From Chiloscyllium plagiosum (taxonomy: Eukaryota), in NCBI RefSeq assembly GCF_004010195.1, contig NC_057711.1, forward strand, positions 71,691,385 through 71,755,384: a stretch of 64,000 nt of DNA, in the 5' to 3' direction. Position numbers and translations under genes: made by a program. Shown one piece after another: positions 1 to 11,099 of the stretch; positions within the stretch are counted from its first letter, which is position 1; the number at the start of each line of letters is the position of its first letter. The notes beneath the pieces were generated by a model that saw only the letters and a program-made list of their open reading frames with translations, searched no databases and had not been told where the DNA came from.

Positions 1-140
1 ATTCCTGATGAAGGGCTTTTGCCCGAAACGTCGACTTTGCCTGTCCTTGGATTTTGCCTGTCCTCGGATGCTGCCTGAATTGCTGTGCTCTTCCAGCACC
101 ACTAATCCAGAATCTGGTTTCCAGCATCTGCAGTCGTTGT
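1..140 (+). mobile_element. Penelope-like element terminal repeat (pLTR), family A, truncated by window start
   Basis: Hammerhead core followed by the tail ...ggatgctgcctgaattgctgtgctcttccagcacc...ccagcatctgcagtc, which recurs at 2.7, 18.0, 26.3, 30.8 and 58.1 kb; adjacent to a GIY-YIG relic. Confidence 0.8.
5..32 (+). ncRNA. Minimal type I hammerhead ribozyme motif (PLE family A), intact core
   Basis: CTGATGA-A-GGGC(TTTT)GCCC-GAA-ACGT-C: consensus core, 4-bp helix II, palindromic ACGT in place of helix III, GUC triplet; helix I pairing is weak. Confidence 0.75.
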
Positions 141-146
141 TTTTGC

Positions 147-452
147 CTCTCTTCCAACCTAGTTTACTGTGTCTGGTGCTCCCGATGTGGGCTTCTCTAC
201 ATCAGTGAGACCAAACATGAACAAAGGGCACGTTTCGCCAAACATCTCAGTCAGGTCCGTAAGGGCCAGCCTGACCTCCCAGTCACCTCCCATTTCAATT
301 CCACTTCCCATTCCCTCTCCGATATGTCCATCCTCGGTCTCCTCCATTTCCACAGTGAATCAGACTACAAATTGGAAGAACAACAGCTCATCTTCTGGCA
401 GGGCAGCCTACAGCCCGGAGGACTCAACTTTGAGTTCTCCAAATTTAAATAA
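147..452 (+). pseudogene. Penelope-like GIY-YIG endonuclease C-terminal relic
   Basis: ORF 54..452 contains SSNLVYCVWCSRCGLLYISETK...RFAKHL...PVTSHFN...GSLQPGGLN, the typical PLE GIY-YIG domain with CxxC; YIG changed to YIS. Confidence 0.9.
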
Positions 453-544
453 CCTTCCCACTCATTCCCCCCCCGCCACCCCTCCACCCCCAGCTCCCTT
501 CTAAGCCCCACCTCCTCCCTTCCATTCCACCTACCAACTCTTCC

Positions 545-665
545 TTGATGAAGGAGCAGCGCTCCGAAAGCTAGTGCTTTCAAATAAGCCTGTTGGACTA
601 TAACTTGGTGTTGTGTGATTTTTAACTTTGTACACCCCAGTCCAACCTCAGTGTCTCCAAATCAG
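545..665 (+). mobile_element. PLE pLTR family B with hammerhead motif (545-573)
   Basis: TTGATGA-A-GGAGC(AGC)GCTCC-GAA-AGCT-A followed by ...gttggactataacttggtgttgtgtgatttttaactt; the same tail recurs at about 37815-37858; lies downstream of the GIY-YIG stop. Confidence 0.7.
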
Positions 666-941
666 AACTAAGGTGGGCTTTGTTTGAACACAAATCATGC
701 ATCTCCTCCTCGTCCCCATCCCCCCATGATCTGCTAGGGTTCATTGGCCTGTCTTCACTTTACACTCGTGACTTGGAGCAAAAATCTCATGAACAATTTC
801 AATTGGTCTGTTTACTGAGGATATTTCCCAATTTGTGCTATAAATCTTGTTATCCAAAAGCCAGCCCAATATGTATAATTTTGGTTTTGTTATAGTTAAA
901 TTTCCCCAGTGTCACCTGAGTTACTAACACCCTATTTCCCT

Positions 942-1617
942 TAGAACATAGAACATAGAACATAGAACATAGAATAATACAGCGCAGTACAGGCCCTTTG
1001 GCCCTCGATGTTGCGCCGATCCAAGCCCACCTAACCTATACTAACCCACTATCCTCCATATACCTATCCAATGCCCGCTTAAATGCCCATAAAGAGGGAG
1101 AATCCACCACTGCTACTGGCAGGGCATTCCATGAACTTACGACTCGCTGAGTGAAGAACCTACCCCTAACTTCAGTCCTATATCTACCCCCCCTTAATTT
1201 AAAGCTATGCCCCCTCGTAATAGCTGACTCCATACATGGCGACCAAAACTGCACACAATATTCCAGATGCGGCCGCACCAGAGTCTTATACAACTTCATC
1301 ATGACCTCAGGACTCCGGAACTCAATTCCTCTACCAATAAAAGCCAGTACGCCATATGCCTTCCTCACCGCACTATTTACCTGGGTGGCAACTTTCAGGG
1401 ATCTGTGTACATGGACACCAAGATCCCTCTGCTCATCCACACTACCAAGTATCCGACCATTAGCCCAGTACCCCATCTTTTTGTTATTCTTCCCAAAGTG
1501 AATCACCTCACACTTAGCTACATTGAATTCCATTTGCCACCTTTCTGCCCAGCTCTGCAGCTTCTCTATATCCTGCTGTAACCTGCCACATCCGTCCTCA
1601 CTGTCAACAACTTCTCC
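942..1617 (-). mobile_element. CR1 LINE 3' fragment, 5'-truncated and internally deleted, (TTCTATG)n tail
   Basis: ORF 1036..1626 LQQDIEKLQSWAERWQMEFNVAKC...[30 protein letters not shown]; tandem catagaa at 942-975. Confidence 0.95.
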
Positions 1618-2429
1618 TTCTAGCATTCACTGTTAGTTTCTGACCCACTCTGTTCAGTTTTACCCAAAACACTGCTCTGCTCTTGACCCTTGTCATTGTG
1701 GCTTTTTTTTTTAATTTTACCCTTTCCTAAGTTGTCCCACCTTTTATTTAGTTACATTTTACCAGCTTTTTGGAAATGGGCTGGGTAAGGGGAAAGTTGT
1801 AAAGGTTATGCAAGAAGACACTGGGCACCCACAGTTCCAGCAGTGGGAAAGGTGACAGGTAGCTTTCATGAATAAAGCCCAATGGAATGATTTATTGTGC
1901 CTAAGAAAGGGCTTCCACAGGCATTTTATTAACACTTGGTGAGACAGAGAGGATTTGGGATGGGAGGAGCGGGAGATGTGGAGAACCCTCTTCCACCTGA
2001 GAAGACTGCCAGGTAATTTTTGATAGCCTTCGTACAGCTATGGGTTAAGGCCCTCTTATTCAAGTACTGCTTGGCCTGTGGGTGAGCCATAGAGAGCAAC
2101 AGGAACTGCATCCCCTCAACAACATAGCCCCAGTACCTCACATCACTGAGGCCTGTCTTACTGGATCCAGGGCCACTTCCAGCAGTTATCATAGATCCCA
2201 ATGGCAAGTAGAGGCTGATGAGGTACTGACTATCTTATTGGGCTGGCCACTATTGGGTCAGACACAGGTATGTTAGCCCCTACTTTTATTGTTACCTGGT
2301 AACTTTTCAGAACAAGATTCATACTGTTTTGTACTCTCCATTGATGCTACAGACTGACTGAAATCCACCAGCTCTTTCTCTTTTTATTTCAGATCTCCAA
2401 AATCAGGAGCACTTAACTTTTACTTTAGC

Positions 2430-2640
2430 ATTATCCTTGGTGAATATTTATCTCACAATTAGTATCACTAAAAACAGTCATTATCACATTGGTTTTTATG
2501 AGGTCTTGTTTTATGCAGTTGGTCTGCCACATATTTCTTACATTTGTTGCTACATTTCAAATGCCATTCAGTGGCTGTAGCATGCTTTAAGAAGGCCTGT
2601 GAGGGTAAATAATGTGCAATATGAAAGCAGGTCTTTCATT
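2430..2640 (+). mobile_element. Deu-type SINE (SacSINE1/AmnSINE-like) 3' part, old
   Basis: aatatttatctcac...atcactaaaaacag-tcattatcacatt...ggctgtagcatgcttt resembles the Deu-SINE body and L2-like tail as I recall them; homologous to 55455-55720. Confidence 0.55.
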
Positions 2641-2659
2641 CTGTAACTATTCAGTAACA

Positions 2660-2932
2660 AAGGGCAGAAAATGGTGGAAAAAACTCAGCAGCTAGGTTAC
2701 GCAGCATCTGTGCTGAAAGTGTGGTGCTGGAAAAGCATTCTTGATGAAGGGCTTATGTCCAAAATGTTGATTCTTCTGCTCCTCGGATGCTGCCTGACCT
2801 GCTGTGCTTTCCCAACACCACACTCTCAACTCTGATCTCCAGCATCTGCAGTCCTCACTTTCTACTAGGCAGCATCTGTGGAGTAAGAAATGGAGTTAAC
2901 GTATCAGACTGATGATCTTTCATCAGGACTGG
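2660..2932. mobile_element. PLE pLTR family C (minus) with a nested family A pLTR insert (2713-2868)
   Basis: TSD gcagcatctgtg at 2701-2712 and 2869-2880; degenerate hammerhead cores at about 2741-2768 (+) and 2898-2926 (-). Confidence 0.75.
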
Positions 2933-3860
2933 AAAAAATCCTTATTTGCATGACCCTTTGTGTTCGAAGGCTCTTCTTGATTTCATGATCAGCTCTAATT
3001 TTAGTATTGTATTGGTTTGTTATGGACACCAGCTTTCTGCAGGTTGCATCAAGTTATGCAATACATACAACAAAGAAAAGACTTCCATCGTAAACATCAT
3101 GTAATTAAAACCAACGATGATCCATGGTGGAATATTTCAAAGAGAGCTCTAGCATCATTTTGGGTTGACTTCTACATTGTGTTGATGCTACTCCCATAGT
3201 AGTGCTATACCTGCACCAATAGGGTGTTCTTACAGAGATAACAGCGGGTGTTTTAGTATGCGTTTCACACTAACCTGCCCCCAGCTTTCTCTCTTCTTCT
3301 GAGTCTTGCTAGGTTTAACTCAGTAGCTGCCTGCTATCCTTCAAGCATAAGTGCAGATTATGAATGTAGATCATGCTATTTAATTCCAGAGAGTTTCACA
3401 GGGTGACCTTGATGTCATCCACAAGGAAAATATTCCAGGCTAGGTGTATTGGCGCAGGGATACAGAGATATATTCCCTTCCCTCAATCAAAAGTATTGAG
3501 GCAAATTGTAATTCCTCAGCTATTGCCCTAGTGATAACAGTTCAAGTCTGGGAGCTTCTATATTGCTCAGTGGTGTACGATAAATAACATTTAATCAACA
3601 ACAGAAGCTCTTTCCTACTGTTTAGCCAAGAAGCTGTTCCAATTCAAGGGTTTTTGAAAAATTGGCATGTGTCATAAATACTGATTAATAACATTATCAT
3701 GCCAACTACAGGTTATTTGTATTACTGTAAATGCACAATACTATCTTTGGGCATAATGAGTTTAAACTTTGATTGAATTCAGATTAGTGTTATCAAAAAA
3801 AGCGTTTTATTTGCAGCATCAGATTTCATCTGAAATCTCTCTTGGGTGTGTACAGATAAG

Positions 3861-3882
3861 AACACACACACACACACACACA
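3861..3882 (+). repeat. (CA)n microsatellite
   Basis: About 10 AC units. Confidence 0.95.
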
Positions 3883-3884
3883 AT

Positions 3885-4805
3885 ATAAGATATAGGAGCA
3901 GAAATGGGACACTCAGCCCATTCAATGAAATCATGGTTGATTTGATCAACTTCAACTCACTTTCCTGTGTTTTCTTGATAACCCTTGATTCCCTTACTGA
4001 TTAAAAATTTGTTTATCTCAACCTTCAATAATGACTCAGTCTTAATAGAACTCTGCAGTAAAAATTCCTCAGAATGACTATTCTCCCAACAGGCAAAAAA
4101 CTCCTCATCTGTTCTAAATCGGTTACCCTTTCCCAGAGATTATACCCTCTGGGAAGTGAAAATCATCACAGTTCTCCAGGTAGACGTCAGGTATAATCAT
4201 GCAGCATCAAGTAAAACAAATATTATTTAAAGTTCTAGCAGCTAATGTTTGCTTGGAATGTCACTGTAAAGAACGTAAAGAAACAGATGCAGAAATATAG
4301 GCCTGCCAGCCCAGTTCCACCATTCACTTAGATGAAGGTTGTACTAATCCTTGGCCTCAACTCTACTTTGATGCCAGTTCCCCATAACCTTTGACTCAGC
4401 TATTTTTCAAAAAGCAATCTATCTCAACCTTTATTTTAATCAATTAGCCTAAGCAGCGAAGGTTGAGAATTCACTTCCTGACCTCATTCCTAAATAGGAG
4501 ATCCCTTTTTTAAACAGTACCCCCAGTTCTGTTTTCCACCATACGCAGAAACATCCCCCAGGATCTACTTTATCAATCCACCTATTGCAATAAGATCAGT
4601 ATTCATTCTTTTAATGTACAATAAGTGTAGGCCAAAGTTCACAACCTTGCCTCAAAACAATTATTTCAGCACAGGAGTCAGCTTAGTAAATGTCTAAATT
4701 ACCACCAATACAAGTTTGTCTCTCCAAAAGAAAGCCACAATTGCACACAGTGCTCTAGGTGTAGTTTCACCAATACCCCATATAATTGTAGCAAGACTTC
4801 GTGCA
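3885..4805 (-). mobile_element. Two old, diverged CR1 3' fragments (about 3885-4150 and 4270-4805; the second resumes at about 5770-5995)
   Basis: taagatataggagcagaa-type tail; aattgcacacagtgctctaggtgtagtttcacc is the reverse complement of the LVRPHLEYCVQF region. Confidence 0.6.
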
Positions 4806-4809
4806 TTTA

Positions 4810-5766
4810 CCTGTTTTCTCACTTTATGCTCCAGTACAGTATGAACGTTCAGATAGTACTTTAAAAAGTTGAATTCAAACAGACCACTGAAAAGGGTCGC
4901 TGCAGATTGTGTGATCTTTGGCTTCTCACATTGAATAATAGTCCTGGCTTTCGAGCAAATGCTAATTAAGTACAGATGTTCACCATCATCTCAGCAAATC
5001 ACTTCTTTCGAAGGATGGACTATTAAAGAAAGTGTATTAAAGAAATGTATTTTGGATTCCATCAAGCTTTCACTGTAATGTTACATGCCCTCAACAATAC
5101 AAGACAGGAGGAGTTTCAAAGTGACAACCACACAACATCTTTCTTTGGAGAAAGGTCTTTGAACTTGAATAAGTTACATGAGGAAGCCATCTTTTGTATA
5201 CTTAATCCATAAAAATAACAAGAAAAGCTGCTCAGAGTTCCAGCTGAAAAGTTATTGATCTAACCAATCAACCATGTGATCAATATTGTAATAAACAGGA
5301 AAATTTTGAAAGTATGAAAAGGATTCTGACCAAACTACTCCATCTTCAAGTTCATCTAAGAACCAACCTCCTGGAAGTCCACTTGCAAGAAGTTTTCAGT
5401 TTGTCGAGAAACACCAGCTTATAAGATTTTTTTCCTTCAACAAGAAGCACCAACTTGTCTAAGAAACCATAGGTTTTCCACAAAAGAGAGATTTATACAA
5501 TTATAAATTGCAACTGTATTGTTTTCCTTATTTAATTTTATTTAATCTTGGATGAATAACTAGTATGAGTTAAATGAGTGAGGTGTCATATTTTTAACTC
5601 TCGAGGGCATACAAAATAATAAATATGCTTCCTTATTCTTCAACTCACAGAAAAAGCTTGCTGCTGGTATTATTTCAATTTAAACTGTCATTCTGAAGGA
5701 TAAAAAAATGTACACACCTCACATACAAGATACAGAAAATAAAACACACAAATTCTGGCTACAACA
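4810..5766 (+). mobile_element. Candidate old solo LTR splitting a CR1 relic
   Basis: About 950 bp block between two collinear CR1 pieces, ending ...ggctacaaca, with AATAAA near 5617; 5' end and TSD not resolved. Confidence 0.35.
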
Positions 5767-6111
5767 CTGAAAGCACAATGAACTTTTATTTTCCTTCCTA
5801 AATGCATGCTTTACCCACATGTTAATTTTTGTAATTCACATACAAGGACACCCAGATCCCTCTGTGCTGCAGTATTCTATGTCTTTCTCTCCAGTTCGCT
5901 ATGTTCTGCTTTTTTGTATTCTTCCCATCAAAGTGGACAGAACACATTTTCCCATATTATATTCCATCTGCCCCAAATCTATACCCACTCACTTAATCAT
6001 TATACCTTTGCAGAGCCCTTGGATTGGATTTCCACCAGGACTGCATGCTGACATGATTTAAAAGATGCTATTGAGCATCTGAGTCAAGAAACTGGTCATT
6101 ATTGTATTAAA

Positions 6112-6232
6112 TTAGATTACATTACATTACAGTGTGGAAACAGGCCCTTCGGCCCAACAAGTCCACACCGACCCGCCAAGTCACAACCCACCCATACCCC
6201 TATATTTACCCATTACCTAACACTACGGGCAA
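6112..6232 (-). mobile_element. HE1-like SINE 3' fragment
   Basis: tacagtgtggaaacaggcccttcggcccaacaagtccacaccgacc matches the tail of the SINE at 7013-7368. Confidence 0.75.
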
Positions 6233-7012
6233 GTCCTGATACTTCTGAGACACACTCCAATTTCCAAAGGACTTTTGAGAGTAAGAATGGAATTTTCCGT
6301 GTGGAAATCAGTATAACTAAGCATTCTGATGCACTTTAATGCACAAATGCCAGGTTCAATTCAGAGAGAAATAGAAGTATTCTTTATGAAGTGGAAAGTG
6401 TAGGTACCAGAGACGTTTATGCTGGATCACATGTGTTAGCCCTTATTTGGCTGCTTGACTGGGGTCATGCACAGTTACACTGCTGGCACTCTGAGATGCT
6501 AGCGGTTGTCTAGTGCAAGGCAGTGGTAGATTCTCTCATGACTGCATCTGCTTTTGCCAGTCATATTTTGCATGCAGCTCTTTTCTTTTGGTGACACTAA
6601 TCACTATTATTTGGGGTCTGAGTTACCTTTGATGCAATTAGTGCATTGAATTTTAAAGGTGTGGCAGTTGTGATGCATGATTAGGACCTGAAAATGATTC
6701 GTTTTTGTTACAAGCCTCATGTACCCTCCTAGTAACTTCCTTGGTAATGGATTCCAGCATTTTTCCAATGCAAGGTGCTTATCTACCTAGCCTGTTGTTT
6801 CCTGCTTTCTGTGGAGCCATCGAACCATAGAAATGTTATAGCTCAAATATTACAATGGCCATCCAGCCAGTTTGCAACAGCTGAATAAGTTCTCCATCGT
6901 TCTACTCCAACATTCCAGCACATAGTCTCCTTCCTTGAATAGGGACATCCATGGATTTCCATCTGTTGAAACACAGGAATTTTGGAAGATTTTAATTATT
7001 TTAGTATTTGTT

Positions 7013-7368
7013 CATAGAAGATCATAGAATCCCTACAGTGTGGAAACAGTCCATTAGGCCCAACAAGTCCACACCGATCCTCCAAAGAGCAACCCACTCT
7101 GATCCATTCCCTTACCCTATCATTTTAATTTTACTCCTGATTAAGGCACCTCCCGTATACATCCCTGAACATTATGGGCAATTTAGAATGGCCAGTTCAC
7201 TTAAACTGCGCATCTTTGGATTGTGGGCGGAAACCGGAGCACTCAGAGGAAACCCAAGCAAACATGGGGAGAATGAGCAAACTCCACACAGACAGTCGCC
7301 TGAGTTGGGAATCAACCTAGGTCTCTGGCGCTGTGAGGCACCAGTGCTAACCACTGAGATACTGTACC
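7013..7368 (-). mobile_element. HE1-like tRNA-derived V-SINE, full length
   Basis: Reverse complement starts with a tRNA-like head (tctcagtggttagcact...ggttgattccc), then V-domain tgtgtggagtttg..ttctcccc..gggtttcctc, then a CR1-like tail. Confidence 0.85.
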
Positions 7369-8022
7369 AACCCCCCCCCTCATCCCAACTAAGCCATCAA
7401 GTCTGAATAATTGAAGATGATGCAAGATGTTTACGACCATCTGTAATGTTTAAAAAATGTAATTTAATAATGATTATAGATTGATCATTATAGTTTTGCA
7501 AAATAATTTCTTGTCCATTTTCCATGCAGAGAAAATATACCCAAATGTCTACTTTCCACCTGCTGGTAATGATACACACACACTCTCAGTTCCATACAGA
7601 ATTACAGAAGTAACCTCAATATACTTATACTAATTTCCTACAATGAAAGTGACTTGCTTCACAGTTGTTGCCCTTGAGTATTAACTAATTACTGAATGAA
7701 TGTTTGGAGTTCAAGAATCAACTGAGACCGAATCCCATTAGTTGAGAGGAGCTGGTTGTATGTTGGTTGCATCTTTCTTACTGTAAGGTAGTTTATTCCT
7801 ACTGTTGTAGAAACTTCCTTTCTTTGGTTGAGGGTGAATAAAATGGGAAGATCTCAGACTGAAAATAATGCTAGCTAATCTGTCACATTAACAGTATGTT
7901 CATTACAATGGACATAGTGTCCTGCATCAGAGAGAAGAATAAGTGTGCAATATCTCAATTTTTCATTGCTATTCAGTCATCTTTGTTGTTTTGGTTAAGA
8001 CAGACTCCATCCTTCATTGAAT

Positions 8023-9990
8023 GTCATAGATTCATAGAGATGTACAGCATGGAAACAGACCCTTCGGTCCAACCTGTCCACGCCGACCAGATATCCCATC
8101 ACAATCTAGTCTCACCTGTCAGCACCTGGCCCATATCCCTCCAAACCCTTCCTATTCATATATCCATCCAAATGCATTTTAAATGTTGCAATTGTACCAG
8201 CCTCTACCACATCCTCTGGCAGCTCATTCCATACACAAACCACTCTCTCCATGAAAAAGTTGCTTCTTAGGTCTCTTTTATATCTTTCCCCTCTCACCCT
8301 AATACCTATGCCCTCTAGTTCTGGACTCCCTGACCCCAGGGAAAAGACTTTGTCTATTTATCCTATCCATGCCCTTCATAATTTTGCAAACATCTATAAG
8401 GTCACCCCTCAGCCTCCGACGCTCCAAGGAAAACAACCCCAGCCTGTTCAGCCTCTCCCTATAGCTCAAGTCCTCCAACCCTGGCAACATCCTTGTAAAT
8501 CTTTTCTGAACCCTTTCAAGTTTCACAACATCTTTCCAATAGGAAGGAGACCAGAATTGCACACAATATTTCAACTGTGGCCTAACCAATGACCTGTACA
8601 GCTGCAACATGACCTCCCAACTCCTGTACTCAATACTCTGACCAATAAAGGAAAGCATACCAAACGCCTTCTTCACTATCCTATCTACCTGCCTCGCATT
8701 TATCTGAATTAAACTCCATCTGCCACTTCTCAGCCTATTGGCCCATATGGTCAAGATCTTGTTGTAAGCTGAGGTAACCCTCTTCACTGTCCACTACACC
8801 TCCAAATTTGGTGTCATCTGCAAACTTACTAACTGTCCCTCTTATGCTCGCATCCAAATCATTTATGTAAATGACAAAAAGTAGAGGACACAGCACTGCT
8901 CCTGGTGGCACTCCACTGGTCACAGATCTCCAGGCCAAAAAACCAACCCTCCACCACCCACTGTCTTCTACCTTTGAGCCAGTTCTGTATCCAAATGGCT
9001 AGTTCTCCCTTTATTCCGTGAGATCTGCTAATCAGTCTCCCATGGGGAACCTTGTCGAACGCCTTACTGAAGTCCATTTAGATCACATCAACTGCTCTGC
9101 CCTCATCAATCTTCTTTGTTACTTCTTCAAAAAACTCAATCAAGTTTGTGAGACATGATTTCCCACGCACAAAGTATTGTTGATTATCCCTAATCAGTCC
9201 TTGCCTTTCCACATACATGTACAGACTGTCCCTCAGGATTCCCTCCAACAACTTGCTCACCACTGAGGTCAGGCTCACTGGTCTATAGTTCCCTGGCTGT
9301 CTTTACCGCCCTTCTTAAACAATGGCACCACGTTTGCCAACCTCCAGTCTTCCGGCACCTCACCTGTGACTATCGATGATACAAATATCTCAGCAAGAGG
9401 CCCAGCAATCACTTCTCTAGCTTCCCACAGAGTTCTCGAGTACACCTGATCAGGTCCTGGGGATTTATCACTTTTAACTGTTTCAAGACATCCAGCACTT
9501 CCTCCTCTGTAATCTGGACATTTTGCAAGATGTCACCATCTATTTCCCTACAGTCTATATCTTCCATATCCTTTTGCACAGTAAATATTGATGCAAAATA
9601 TTCATTTAGTATCTCCCCCATTTTCTTTGGCTCCACACAAAGGCCATCTTGCTAATCTTTGAGGGGTCCTATTCTCTCCCTCATTACCCTTTTGTCCTTA
9701 ATATATTTGTAAAAAAGCCTTTGCATTCTCCTTAATTCTATTTGACAACGCTATCTTATGTCCCCTTTTTGCCCTCCTGATTTCCTTCTTAAGTATACTC
9801 CTACTTTCTTTATACTCTTCTAAGGATTCACTCGATCTATCCTGTCTATACCTGACATATGCTTTCTTCTTTTTCTTAACCAAACCCTCAATTTCTTTCG
9901 TCATCCAGCATTCCCTATACCTACCAACCTTCCTTTTCACCCTGACAGGAATATATTTTCTCTGGATTCTTGTTATCTCATTTCTGAAGG
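8023..9990 (-). mobile_element. CR1 (HER1-like) LINE ORF2 relic with 3' UTR, frameshifted
   Basis: ORF fragments DFSKAFDKVPH, VTSGVPPG, KFADDTK, SCLTNLIEFFEEVT, TRGH; collinear with the 58.5-63 kb copy. Confidence 0.97.
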
Positions 9991-11099
9991 CAAGTAACAT
10001 CCTATCCTGTTATGTATTATAGTCTAATACGTATTATAATATTTCCATTGCACAGCAACCAGAAAAAGGCATACTTTAACACGATTTAATTTGAAATTTG
10101 AAAACACACTTTTTCCCAAAGCCTGTTTCACAATTTAAGTGACCACTTTTAGCAACTTGGACTGGATTGCAGTCATTGTTTTTATCTGGACAATTTAGGA
10201 TGAACCAACTTCAATAACTATGCATAATAGAGGTATCAGGAAGATCTAGATTCCGTTTAAAGTATACTCTGAACACTATTTCCCAAGTATACTATTTTTG
10301 GATAAAATGTCAGATATTGCATTCCTGACTCCAAGGCAGTCAGATAAGTCAGAGTCCAAAAAAAGACTGGAAAATATCAATAGGTTAGATTACATCTGCA
10401 GAGAGAAATAGAGCAAACATTTGCAGTTTATGAGCTTTCACTATTTCTACTTATGTTCTTTCATATTAGTTGTGTTCTGTCTAATGGTCAGTATGCCAGG
10501 ATGTCATTGGAAACATACCCTTTATAAAACGAACATCACTGATATTATCGTTGCAACCTAATCATCATGTGGGGGTATAAACATCTCAGATTCCACTTTA
10601 TGTCAGATCATTTGAAGCATTGTCTATTAGAAGCACCCCTTTATTTTAAACTTTTGCCCATACTTAGATGTCTGAGGAACATAATTTCTTGTATATAATA
10701 GCTAACTAATGAAGTCAGTTGGACTTTTTAAATACCACAAATGTCACACCCAGTTTCATACATTATGGGATATAATCCAAGCATAGCTGAGCAGTTAAAG
10801 TACCTTAATAGTGGCAAACTCACATTTGAAGCAAAGGCTGGCTAGAAAAGACTACAGGAGCTTGGTGATAGATATTTGAAAATCTGATTGAAGAACAACC
10901 AAAGAATGGCTCTGAATAATGCAAGATGTGGGCAAAGGGAGAATTTCTCACCTTTCAGCAGCATGGGTGCTATGAATACAAATAGCTGTAGCTCTCTGGA
11001 TGGGGCATTAACCATAAAAAGAAGTATCAATTATGTTTTTGATTGGCATTTAAGATCTTTGAAGATAAAAGAAATGTCTAAAATTGTCTGAATTAAAAA

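Noticed and set aside
942..975. Short tandem repeats catagaa and tagagtca resembling arrays
   Set aside because: These are CR1 3' microsatellite tails with no spacers, so not CRISPR-like
6300..6820. Minus-strand ORF-like relic starting ATGGCTCCACAGAAAGCAGG
   Set aside because: Early stops and no motif I can assign
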